Assembly: GCA_020184695.1 (NCBI GenBank)
Contig: JAANOX010000068.1
Span: 1-64,000 of the forward strand
Direction: 5' to 3'
Source of the DNA: Histomonas meleagridis 2922-C6/04-290x
Taxonomy: Eukaryota; Protista; Parabasalia
DNA length: 64,000 nucleotides
Below, one piece after another: positions 22,550 to 31,588 of the stretch; the stretch's first letter is position 1; the number at the start of each line of letters is the position of its first letter. The position numbers were made by a program, and so were the translations under genes. Below the pieces are notes generated by a model. That model was not told the DNA's origin. It made no database searches and worked only from the letters and a program-made list of their open reading frames with translations.

Positions 22550-22837
22550 TTTTCTTTGATTTTAAATTTCAGATTTTTTGAAAGTTTGAATTGAACTGTA
22601 ACTCAAAACCGCATGAACGATACGTGGAACGTTATAAATTGTGGGGTTCCTACTAAACGGTCGGTTGTTAAAAACGGTTTCATTCTCTTTTGTTATTTGG
22701 TAAACGTGCACCCTTCCTGAAATTGTGAAGAATATTAACGGTTTTTGGTCTGAAAAGTGTTTTTTAATTTTTTTTCTTTTGAGTTTTGAGTACTTTATAT
22801 TCGCCACTTTTTTTACGTTTAGCAATTTCTAATTTTA

Positions 22838-23749
22838 ATGGATATTGACCAGATACTAGAGAAACTTTGGAAATGTAATCTTCCAACATCAGAAGAATTT
22901 GATTTTTTAGTGTCTAGGTCTATTGAAATTTTATCTAAAGAGTCAAATGTCCTCCACATTCATTCTCCAATAACAGTTTGTGGTGATATTCATGGACAAT
23001 TTTACGATCTTCTTGAATTGTTTTCCATAGGTGGCCAACCTCCAGAGCAAAACTTTATTTTTCTTGGTGATTATGTTGATCGCGGTTTTTATGGAGCTGA
23101 AACATTTTTACTTCTAATTGCACTCAAAATACGATTTCCTACCAAGATATATCTTCTTAGAGGCAATCATGAGTGCGAGGAAATCTCAACAGAATATGGT
23201 TTTTACGAAGAAATTACCAATAAATTTAAGAACAATGACTCCTATTCCAAATGCCTTAGTGTTTTTAACATGCTTCCACTTGCAGCCCTAATTGATGATA
23301 AGATATTTTGCGTTCATGGAGGTCTAAGTCCTGAATTACATCAAATTCGAGAGCTTGATGATATTGATAGAAATGCAGAACCACCAAAAGAAGGTGCATT
23401 TCTTGATATTTTATGGTCAGATCCAGATTTCATAAAAGGATTCACCCAATCACAACGAGGAGCAGGTTATATGTTTGGCGGAGATGTTACTGAGCAATTC
23501 ATCCATCAAAATAACCTAAATTATATCCTTAGAGCCCATCAATTTGCTGAAGAAGGGTTTGAAAAATGGTTTAATGGACTTCTTTACACAGTTTGGTCTG
23601 CTCCAAATTATTGTTATAGAAGTGGAAACAAAGCTTCGATTTATGAAATATCTTCATTGTCGAAAGCAAGATTTAAAACATTTAAAGAAGCGCCGATATA
23701 TGCAAGGGGAAATATACCGATTTCTAAAATACCCCAATATTTCTCTTAA
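22838..23749 (+). CDS. PPP-family phosphatase catalytic subunit (PP2A/PP4/PP6 group)
   Basis: GDIHGQ, GDYVDRG, LRGNHE, HGGLSP, WSDP, SAPNYCYR. Confidence 0.95.
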   Translation: MDIDQILEKLWKCNLPTSEEFDFLVSRSIEILSKESNVLHIHSPITVCGDIHGQFYDLLELFSIGGQPPEQNFIFLGDYVDRGFYGAETFLLLIALKIRFPTKIYLLRGNHECEEISTEYGFYEEITNKFKNNDSYSKCLSVFNMLPLAALIDDKIFCVHGGLSPELHQIRELDDIDRNAEPPKEGAFLDILWSDPDFIKGFTQSQRGAGYMFGGDVTEQFIHQNNLNYILRAHQFAEEGFEKWFNGLLYTVWSAPNYCYRSGNKASIYEISSLSKARFKTFKEAPIYARGNIPISKIPQYFS

Positions 23750-24060
23750 GGGAATGTTAACATTTAGTTCAAAAACTTATTCGACTCATTAATAAAATAC
23801 CAAAATTAAAGTTTCCTGATATTTATAATGTTTTTCATTTTGTGAATGGTGCCCTAACGATAGGGATAGAATAAGTGCCACTTTTTGTACTGTTTCCCTG
23901 TTGTAAAAATTAGAACATGACAACTATCAAGTTTCATAAAAACCTTCAAAACATAATGTAAAGTAAACAAAATACGTTTTTCACCACTTTTTGCAACAAA
24001 GATATGCATATCGTCGTTGAAAGGATTTTGTGATGCATTCAATTTTGAAAATCTAAGATA

Positions 24061-25857
24061 ATGTTGGCCTTCTTCTGCTTTCTCGCTAACATTATTTGTG
24101 ATGACACACTCACAATTGAAAACGTCACAACAATTGATTCAATTACATATTCTGCTTACAAGCCTACAATAAGACATCTGATTATTGGAATTGGTGTTGA
24201 AACCATCGGCCCTAATGCATTTTCACAGTGTCCTTTCCTTGAAGATGTAACAATTGGAGATTCAGTGACTACAATTTCTTCCAGTGCATTTAAGAAATGT
24301 GAAAATCTCATGACTGTTCAATTAGGCGATAGCATCACCAGCGTTGGTGAATATTCATTTTATTATTGTAGTAATTTGCAAACCATTACAATTCCTGATT
24401 CAGTTGAATCCATTGGTAAGCGGGCATTTGATGGTTGTTCTCAACTCGGTAAGGTTACACTCGGGAAAAATTTAACAACCATTGCAACTTATGCATTTAA
24501 TGGTTGTACTAGACTTCTTACAGTAACATTTAATTCAAATTTACAATCAATTGGATCTTATGCATTTTATCAATTGCCAGTCTTAACAAATGTAATGCTT
24601 CCCAACTCGCTAATATATATATATGACTTCGCATTTCAGGGCTGTGATCAAATAAAAGAAATCACAATTCCATCATCAGTTACAAACCTTGGTAAAAAAG
24701 CATTTTTTGAATGCCAGCAACTTGCAACTGTAACAATTGAGTCAACGCTTCCAACCTTTGGCACATATGCTTTTTCAGAATGCTCACGTTTGACCAAAGT
24801 TAATTTCGTTGGCCAAGTCGTAAAAATAGCCGATTACTCATTTAGTAAATGTTCATCATTAAAAACAGTAACACTTAATAATGGATTAACAACAATTAAG
24901 CAATATGCATTTAATTTATGCAGCAAATTGGAAAATATTGTTATTCCCGTTACAGTCACAAGCATTGGACAAAGTGCCTTTTCTTACTGCAGCTCAATCG
25001 AATCGATTACAATTCCCGAGAGTGCTACTTCATTCGGCTCAAATGTATTTGATCATTGTACACAACTTAAAGAAGTTAACTTCAACAGTAAGTCTTATAA
25101 TATTCCGACATATTTCCTGGCTTACTCAGGTATTACCTCATTCACAATTCCAGATACAGTTACAACAATTGCGGATTATGCATTTTATTATTGTGACTCA
25201 TTGATAACAGTCTACATCGGTAGCTCTGTTTCATCTATTGGAAGTGCATTTTATTATTGCTCAGGACTTAATTGTATTTATTACTATGGTACTTCACAGC
25301 CAACATATTCAACATATTCATTTTATGGCGTTCCTGCTGATACTGCATACGTAACTAACTCTTATCGATATACAACGTTTTGCGGATTGTATACAATCAG
25401 AGGCTTTGCTGAGTGCACAGAGTACTCCACGCCCATAACGCCTTCAAGATCACCTTCAAAAAGTAATAACTCCTCTGGCACAACTGTTGGCGCTACAGTC
25501 GGAATCATTGCTGTCGTTGTTGTGTTTGTCCTCATATTCGTCTGCTGCTTCATCACCCAAAGAAGGAGGCGAATGGCGCAGTTCCACAAGTCGTCTTCTT
25601 CGTCATCTTCTTCTTCGTCGAAGAACAAGGTCTCGTACCAAAGCAACTTGCCTGGCCCCGGCCAAAATGTCGCAACGGCACCTGATCCAAACTATGCTTA
25701 TCCACAACCACAGTACGCACCTCCTCCACCTCCTTCAAATCAGTATGCACCTCCTCCTCCAACGAACTCTTACATACCACAGCAGCCAGAGAATATGGAC
25801 CCAAGTGTTGGCGGACCCCAGCAACCGTTGTACTACGATAACCCATATCAGTTCTGA
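24061..25857 (+). CDS. BspA-like (TpLRR) surface protein with TM helix and Pro-rich cytosolic tail
   Basis: 23-aa repeats of type LxxIxIPxSVxxIGxxAFxxC, signal peptide, TM VGIIAVVVVFVLIFVCCFI, YAPPPP motifs. Confidence 0.93.
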   Translation: MLAFFCFLANIICDDTLTIENVTTIDSITYSAYKPTIRHLIIGIGVETIGPNAFSQCPFLEDVTIGDSVTTISSSAFKKCENLMTVQLGDSITSVGEYSFYYCSNLQTITIPDSVESIGKRAFDGCSQLGKVTLGKNLTTIATYAFNGCTRLLTVTFNSNLQSIGSYAFYQLPVLTNVMLPNSLIYIYDFAFQGCDQIKEITIPSSVTNLGKKAFFECQQLATVTIESTLPTFGTYAFSECSRLTKVNFVGQVVKIADYSFSKCSSLKTVTLNNGLTTIKQYAFNLCSKLENIVIPVTVTSIGQSAFSYCSSIESITIPESATSFGSNVFDHCTQLKEVNFNSKSYNIPTYFLAYSGITSFTIPDTVTTIADYAFYYCDSLITVYIGSSVSSIGSAFYYCSGLNCIYYYGTSQPTYSTYSFYGVPADTAYVTNSYRYTTFCGLYTIRGFAECTEYSTPITPSRSPSKSNNSSGTTVGATVGIIAVVVVFVLIFVCCFITQRRRRMAQFHKSSSSSSSSSSKNKVSYQSNLPGPGQNVATAPDPNYAYPQPQYAPPPPPSNQYAPPPPTNSYIPQQPENMDPSVGGPQQPLYYDNPYQF

Positions 25858-25908
25858 AGTCGGCCGATAAGTAAAGCTCTAAAAATACGAATTTGACTGT
25901 TTTGATTC

Positions 25909-25953
25909 AAAAAGTGGCACCATGTGTTCTGAAGTTTACCGCTGCCACTTTTT
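25909..25953. repeat. Perfect 11-bp inverted repeat (AAAAAGTGGCA / TGCCACTTTTT) with 23-nt spacer, followed by a long T run
   Basis: Read directly; lies between two convergent genes. Confidence 0.7.
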
Positions 25954-26065
25954 ACTTTTTTTTTTTTTTTTTAAAATTGAATACATTTTCTTTTCTAATG
26001 ATAAAACTCTTTTAGCTCAAATGCATAATACGAATATGCGATTTGTTTCTAAATATAAACAATTT

Positions 26066-28549
26066 TTACTTATAAAATTCTGCAATTAAAGTTTCTTCAT
26101 CACTTGTTTCCGTGTTGCCGCTTTCAGCACTTTGGCCCCTCGGATCAATTCTGACTTTTCTTTTTGCATTAAATGAATTTCTATAGTTTCTTGGAGTAAT
26201 TTTATTGTGCCTTATTTGCGGATTATTTGATTCTGCTTTGATTGGAGGCATTGCAATCACAACGTGTTTCATTTTATACTCCCAGAAATATGTGTTCTTG
26301 TTTAAGTTATCTTGTGCGTCCTCAATGCGACAAAAGTTTTCGAACAACCTGAGCCATGGCTGAACTATTTTCGATGCGACTTCATAAAAATATGTTCGAA
26401 CGAATGAGATATCTTTTGCATCTGTTTTTGAAAAAAGGTCTTCTTTGATTTCCCGCACAACCTTTAGCATCTCTTCATTAGAAGACCAATAATATGAATA
26501 ATTACAAAGGGTCAAAATACTTTTCATAAATAAGTGCCGATCATAAACGTTCTCGTGCACAGAAAAATTGGGCGATTCGATACGGTTTTTGAACCTCCCC
26601 AATAACTGCAGCTGATTGAATTCTTGCGCATCAAGTAAAACGTCCTTAACGGTCTCGAAGAAATATGTTTTGAATTCAGATTTCGGTTGCGGTATAAACT
26701 TTGCAAAAAATCCTAAAGCAGAATCAATTTTCTCGTCGAAGAGAGAGTAATCATCGATGAAAACATTATTCACCTTACTTTGGTTAGGGTTCTTAGCGTC
26801 ATGAATTAAGGCAGCAAAGAACAAAATGAAAAGATCGATCTTATTTAATATCCAACCATCAAATTGGTTTGATAACAAAGAATTTAATGAATGTAACATC
26901 ATTATAGTATGAATGTAATGCTTTAAGTAAGTACTTGTAAAGTTAATTAAAAACCTTACAAATAAATCAGGGTCTATTTCTTTGAATATTAGCTTGTTTC
27001 TAGTAATCAAATTCAAAAAGAATTTGACTAGAAAGCGATGTGAATCTGTTTCAATTTGATTCCAATTTAATTCCAATTTCTTTTCAAGGAATGCAGGACT
27101 TGTTAGATATAGCCATGTGTAGTAAGGAATTTCTGTTTCGTCTTTTGGTGTTTCTTTCTTTTTAAAGATATCTTTAAAGATATTATTTTTATACTCATCA
27201 TCTTGATATATGCTGAATAGTTTGTCGCTCGTTTCTGTTAGGTTTATCACGGCATTGTCAAGTGACTTATTAAGTAATGATTCTTGTGGAAATAATAATT
27301 GCAATTGATGAATTTGATCAATAGATCGTCCCAAAACTCCACTATTAAAAGTTGAGTTCTTTGCTTGTTGATTGTCTGCTATAATTGACATTCGAGCTTC
27401 AAGTTTTTTCTTACTTTTTCGATTAATAATCTTTGTAAGTGTAATGCCTATGATAAAGACTATTAAAAGAATGATGACAGATATGATAAAGATTAATGCT
27501 CCTGCATCTCGTACATTCCGATCTCGAGAATATAATACAACAAATGTCAAATAACCGTTGCCGAGCGTAACGGTCTCCTTCATGGCAATGTAATTTGTTT
27601 CGTTGTGCTTGATGATGGTACCTGTTTCATTGTTTAATTTGGAATAAAAGGTATCAACAGACTTCCAGATGTCAGATTCAGTACTTGTTAATGTTGGATA
27701 TAAAAATGTTGAATCTTCTATGCGAGAAGATTCTGCATTTCCTCCAATGTTAATGGCAAAATATATATTGGGAAAGCTGGTGGTAAGGTAAAGATATGTG
27801 GTAATAAAACTTAAACCGACACCTGTAGTAGTAGATATATCTCTTCCATTATTATATGGATATACAGAAGCAACATAATTAGAATTCCCATACGGATTAA
27901 AAAAAGAAAGATTTGACCAGAAAAAATCAACGTTGTTTTGATGAATTGAAGAATAAAAATCTTCAAACGAATTTATTCGAGCAATTGGAATTCCTGTAGA
28001 GTTCGGATCCCAATTATAATAATGGGTATCTTGGTCGTAAAGTCTAATTTCTTTGTTAGGTAATAAATAAAAAAATGAAAAATTTGATCCAAATCCAGTA
28101 AATAAACAAAAACTTCCATTACTCGCTAAAAAATATGTGGAGTAAGCATTGTTTGTTAGGACATACATGAAACGATGAAAGGTGAGATAATAAAGAACAG
28201 TTGAAGGTGTACATTTAAGATAATCATCTCCTTCGGAAATAAGAGCAGTAAATTGGGCAATCCGTCTTGCTTCTGTGAGGATTTGCTGTGCTAAAGTTGA
28301 AATTTCTAATAACTGATTTTTCACGTATTGCTCTGAAAGAGAATAAAAGATACTAAATGTCTTTAATCGAAACACAATCCATTGTGTTGGAAATGCAATG
28401 CTTACTATGATGCATGAAGCAATAAGAGCAATTTTTGAAATAATTTTTATCTTTCTTTTGTAATTATAAATCCCCTCTACTGAAGCATAATTCACCGAAT
28501 TAGATACCTTAAGAGAAGAATCAAAAGAAAGTGATTGTTCTGATCGCAT
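26066..28549 (-). CDS. Two-TM receptor-like protein with degenerate cyclic-nucleotide phosphodiesterase-like domain
   Basis: TM at about aa 40-60 and 350-375 flanking an extracellular region; C-terminal half has HYIHT..LFFAALIHD (HD motif) and MKSILTLCN at the PDE 'ILK.AD' position. Confidence 0.6.
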   Translation of the reverse strand: MRSEQSLSFDSSLKVSNSVNYASVEGIYNYKRKIKIISKIALIASCIIVSIAFPTQWIVFRLKTFSIFYSLSEQYVKNQLLEISTLAQQILTEARRIAQFTALISEGDDYLKCTPSTVLYYLTFHRFMYVLTNNAYSTYFLASNGSFCLFTGFGSNFSFFYLLPNKEIRLYDQDTHYYNWDPNSTGIPIARINSFEDFYSSIHQNNVDFFWSNLSFFNPYGNSNYVASVYPYNNGRDISTTTGVGLSFITTYLYLTTSFPNIYFAINIGGNAESSRIEDSTFLYPTLTSTESDIWKSVDTFYSKLNNETGTIIKHNETNYIAMKETVTLGNGYLTFVVLYSRDRNVRDAGALIFIISVIILLIVFIIGITLTKIINRKSKKKLEARMSIIADNQQAKNSTFNSGVLGRSIDQIHQLQLLFPQESLLNKSLDNAVINLTETSDKLFSIYQDDEYKNNIFKDIFKKKETPKDETEIPYYTWLYLTSPAFLEKKLELNWNQIETDSHRFLVKFFLNLITRNKLIFKEIDPDLFVRFLINFTSTYLKHYIHTIMMLHSLNSLLSNQFDGWILNKIDLFILFFAALIHDAKNPNQSKVNNVFIDDYSLFDEKIDSALGFFAKFIPQPKSEFKTYFFETVKDVLLDAQEFNQLQLLGRFKNRIESPNFSVHENVYDRHLFMKSILTLCNYSYYWSSNEEMLKVVREIKEDLFSKTDAKDISFVRTYFYEVASKIVQPWLRLFENFCRIEDAQDNLNKNTYFWEYKMKHVVIAMPPIKAESNNPQIRHNKITPRNYRNSFNAKRKVRIDPRGQSAESGNTETSDEETLIAEFYK

Positions 28550-28692
28550 AAGAGAGCGCTTAAAAAAACTCTCTTTTTGTCTTTGTGATAAAAACGTTAA
28601 AAAGTCACTTTTGGATAAACGTGCTCAAAATTTTGGCTGGAAACAGTTTCTGTGAAAATTGAATAGTTTATCAATGAAATCTATTTTATGGA

Positions 28693-31077
28693 ATGAACAG
28701 TAATGGAAACAATGACTATAAATCACAATCCATACAAATTGATTTGCTTTTCAAAATACAACAAATCATATTTAATATAACTCAAGAAAATCTCGAAACA
28801 TCTATTGAAAAGACAATGGAATTATTTGATTTCAATTTTCCATATTCATATAATTTAATTATTAGTAATTTGGTTTATTCTGCATTTTTATCAAAAAAAG
28901 ATTTAAATGATTTTTACATAAATTATATTAAATTAATTCAAACAAAGGAAGAAAAAATTAACAAAAACTATCCAAAAATTATTCAAATTTTTGGTAATTA
29001 TTTATCTAAAAACGAATCACAAGAATCATATTATTTGATTGAAAAAATGCTTGAAGAAAATTTAATTGATGAAGATATTGTAAAAAACATTAAATCAAAA
29101 TATTTCGCTCATTATAAATCAGAAAAAGAGAATAGAATAGCTCAAAATTTCAATATAATAACGAAAGCATTTTTAAATAACTTTGAAGAACTATCAAAGA
29201 ATAATTGGGAATTACATAAGCAATTAATCAAAGAAGGACATAATCCTAATGAAATTGCGAAAATAATTCGAAATGATGAAATAGAAAAACTTCAAGAAAT
29301 ATCATCACAAAATTATTTCGATTTTAATCAAACAATTGAACCATCACTTTATGAAAGATGTTCATATGTTAATCCGGAATATAAAAATGTTACATTAATT
29401 GATTATGCAGCATTTTTTTCAGCAATTAAATGTTTTAAATATTTACTTATGAATGGTTCTAAAATAGAAAACACATGTCAATATGCAATTGCAGGTGGAA
29501 ACATAGAAATCATTCATTTATGTGAACAAAACCATTCATCTTTTGAAGGTTCATATGAAGCAGCAATTATATTTCATCAAAACGATATATTTAAATATAT
29601 ATATGAAAAGAAATTAGAAGATTTGGCAGGAGAAGATATTAATGATTTTGGGTATTATTGTATTACTAATGGTAATTATGAAATTCTATCATTTTTAGAA
29701 AAAGAAGGAATGCAAATTGATGAATTTATGATTAATGAATCAGCAGAATTTGGGAATATATATCTTATTAAACATTTTCTTCAAAATAATCAAATCACTG
29801 ATGATATTTTAGTATTCTCTTCAAAATCAGGAAATTTTGAACTTGTTAAATATATTTTGGAAAATAAAGAATTTGATATTGATATTAATGCTTCTGATAT
29901 TTGTTTGTTTTATATGATGATCAATATAATAATTTAATGTTTGAAAAAAATATTTGAAAATCATTTAAGCTATTTTTTACAGCACTTATTTATGCATCTC
30001 AATATGGTTATGTAGATATAGCTAAATTACTTCTTGAACAAGAAGGAATTGATATAAATGCTAAAAATATTTATTTGTTTTATTTAATTTTTGTTTTGCT
30101 TGTTTTCTGAAAATTGTTTAAAGTATATGAAACAGCACTTATGATAGCAACTTATTATGGACACACTAAAGTGGTGGAGTTATTACTAGAGCAAAAAGCT
30201 ATCGATATCAATTTTAAAAATATTTTTTGTTTTAATTTATGATTTATTTAAAAAATTATTTTTTTCTTAATAATATACAATGATTATTCAAATTATTTTG
30301 GACGTCACTTATGTATGCATCTTTAAAAAATCATATAGAAATAGCAAAGTTATTAATTAAACAAAAAGAAACTGATATCAATGCAAAAAATATTTATTTG
30401 TTCTAATCGATTTTTATTTAAATAATTTAATACTTCCAAATAATATTTGGAATTTATTTGATTTACTTGAATCTGCACTTACTATAGCAGCTGAAAATGG
30501 TCATACAGAAATTGTTAAATTACTTCTTGAACAAAATGGAATTGATGTTAATACTAAAGACATTTATTTGTTTTATTTAAAGTTTATTTTAATAATTTTA
30601 TATTTCAAAATAATATTTGGAAATTATTTAAATTATTTAAAACATCTCTTATTAGAGCATCTGCAAAAGGTTATACAGAAATCGTTAAAATACTTCTTGA
30701 ACAAGAAGGAATTGATATTAATGCTAAAGATATTTATTTGTTTTATTTAAAATTTATTTTAATAATTTTATATTTCAAAATAATATTTGGAAATTATTTA
30801 AATTATTTCAAACAGCACTTATGAAAGCATCTTATAATGGTCATACAGAAATAGTTAAATTACTTCTTGAACAAGAAGGAATTGATATTAATGCTAAAGA
30901 TATTTATTTATTTTATTTGACATTTATTTTAATAATTTAATATTTCAAAATAATATTTGGGAATTATTTAAATTATTTTAAACAGCACTTATGTTAGCAT
31001 CTAGAAATGGTCATACAGAAATAGTTAATTTACTTCTTGAACAAAAAGGAATTGACATTAATGCCGAAGGAAAGTGA
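28693..31077 (+). CDS. DUF3447-type ankyrin-repeat protein whose 7 C-terminal repeats are separated by AT-rich inserts
   Basis: Continuous ORF to about 29904 (IRNDEIEKLQ, TLIDYAAFF, CFKYLL, YAIAGGN), then 7 repeat blocks TALxxASxxGHTEIVKLLLEQEGIDINAKDI starting at 29979, 30132, 30302, 30472, 30642, 30812, 30982; TGA at 31075-31077. Confidence 0.85.
29905..30975 (+). repeat. Tandem array, period 170 nt (one 153 nt): ankyrin coding block plus intron-like insert. Inserts at about 29905-29972, 30075-30125, 30228-30295, 30398-30465, 30568-30635, 30738-30805, 30908-30975
   Basis: Spacing between Thr/Ser start codons is 153,170,170,170,170,170; insert consensus TTGTTTTATTTAAAATTTATTTTAATAATTTTATATTTCAAAATAATATTTGGAAATTATTTAAATTA; exact junctions ambiguous by a few nt. 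Confidence 0.9.
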
Positions 31078-31577
31078 ATCAGCAGTGAGAAAAACTACAC
31101 CCCCAATCAATGCATGATTTTTTGAGAAGAAATTACGGTTAATATGACAATTTTCTGTTTTGTTCTTATATATTATAATAACATAGATACAATGAGAAAA
31201 ACCAACTGGTTGGAACCAATGTTAGAGTAAAATAATAAAAATAACATAATATTTTATTAAACAAATTTATTTCTATTTCAATATATATATACAATTGGTG
31301 ATATCATGATTTGAATGATAAACAACCAAAAATGACTTTAGCACATTTTTTTGTGCTATGTTCACTTTCTAATAAGCAATAAACTACAACTAGTAAGAGA
31401 TAATTTATAATATTTATAACTAATTAATTTTAGAATACCAATTTTTTTTGTAGCACTTCTTATAAAAGATATATTCTTACCACTTACTTTGTATTACGAT
31501 CATTGCGATATGCAATTATAAGTTTGATTAAAATGTGTTTTGTGAAATGAAAAAACGTTAAAAACATATCAATATTT

Positions 31578-31586
31578 AAAAGTGAC
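31578..31586 (+). promoter_or_regulatory. AAAAGTGAC core-promoter-like motif (resembles Trichomonas motif M2) just before the ATG; reverse-strand copies at 20007-20015, 28604-28612 and 63067-63075 upstream of minus-strand genes
   Basis: Same 9-mer within about 65 nt upstream of four start codons, always in the gene's orientation. Confidence 0.6.
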
Positions 31587-31588
31587 AA

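Noticed and set aside
30568-30811. -1 ribosomal frameshifting at T TTA AAT to read through the inserts
   Set aside because: Feasible only for inserts 5 and 6; the others have stops in the needed frames, and it would add about 23 hydrophobic residues per loop
29903-30983. Canonical GT-AG splicing of the ankyrin inserts (GTTTT... to ...ACAG)
   Set aside because: Only junction 1 gives an in-frame join, and it deletes the conserved Thr and loop. The others are out of frame; junctions 3-5 lack the AG, junction 7 lacks the 5' GT, and no ACTAAC branch motif is present
29899-30983. U12-type AT-AC introns (ATATTT.../...AC)
   Set aside because: All AT-to-AC joins shift the frame, the AC is part of the Thr codon, and copy 4 has TCT instead
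29905-31077. CRISPR-like repeat-spacer array
   Set aside because: Eukaryotic context, both parts are mutually homologous between units, the conserved part is protein-coding, and there are no cas genes
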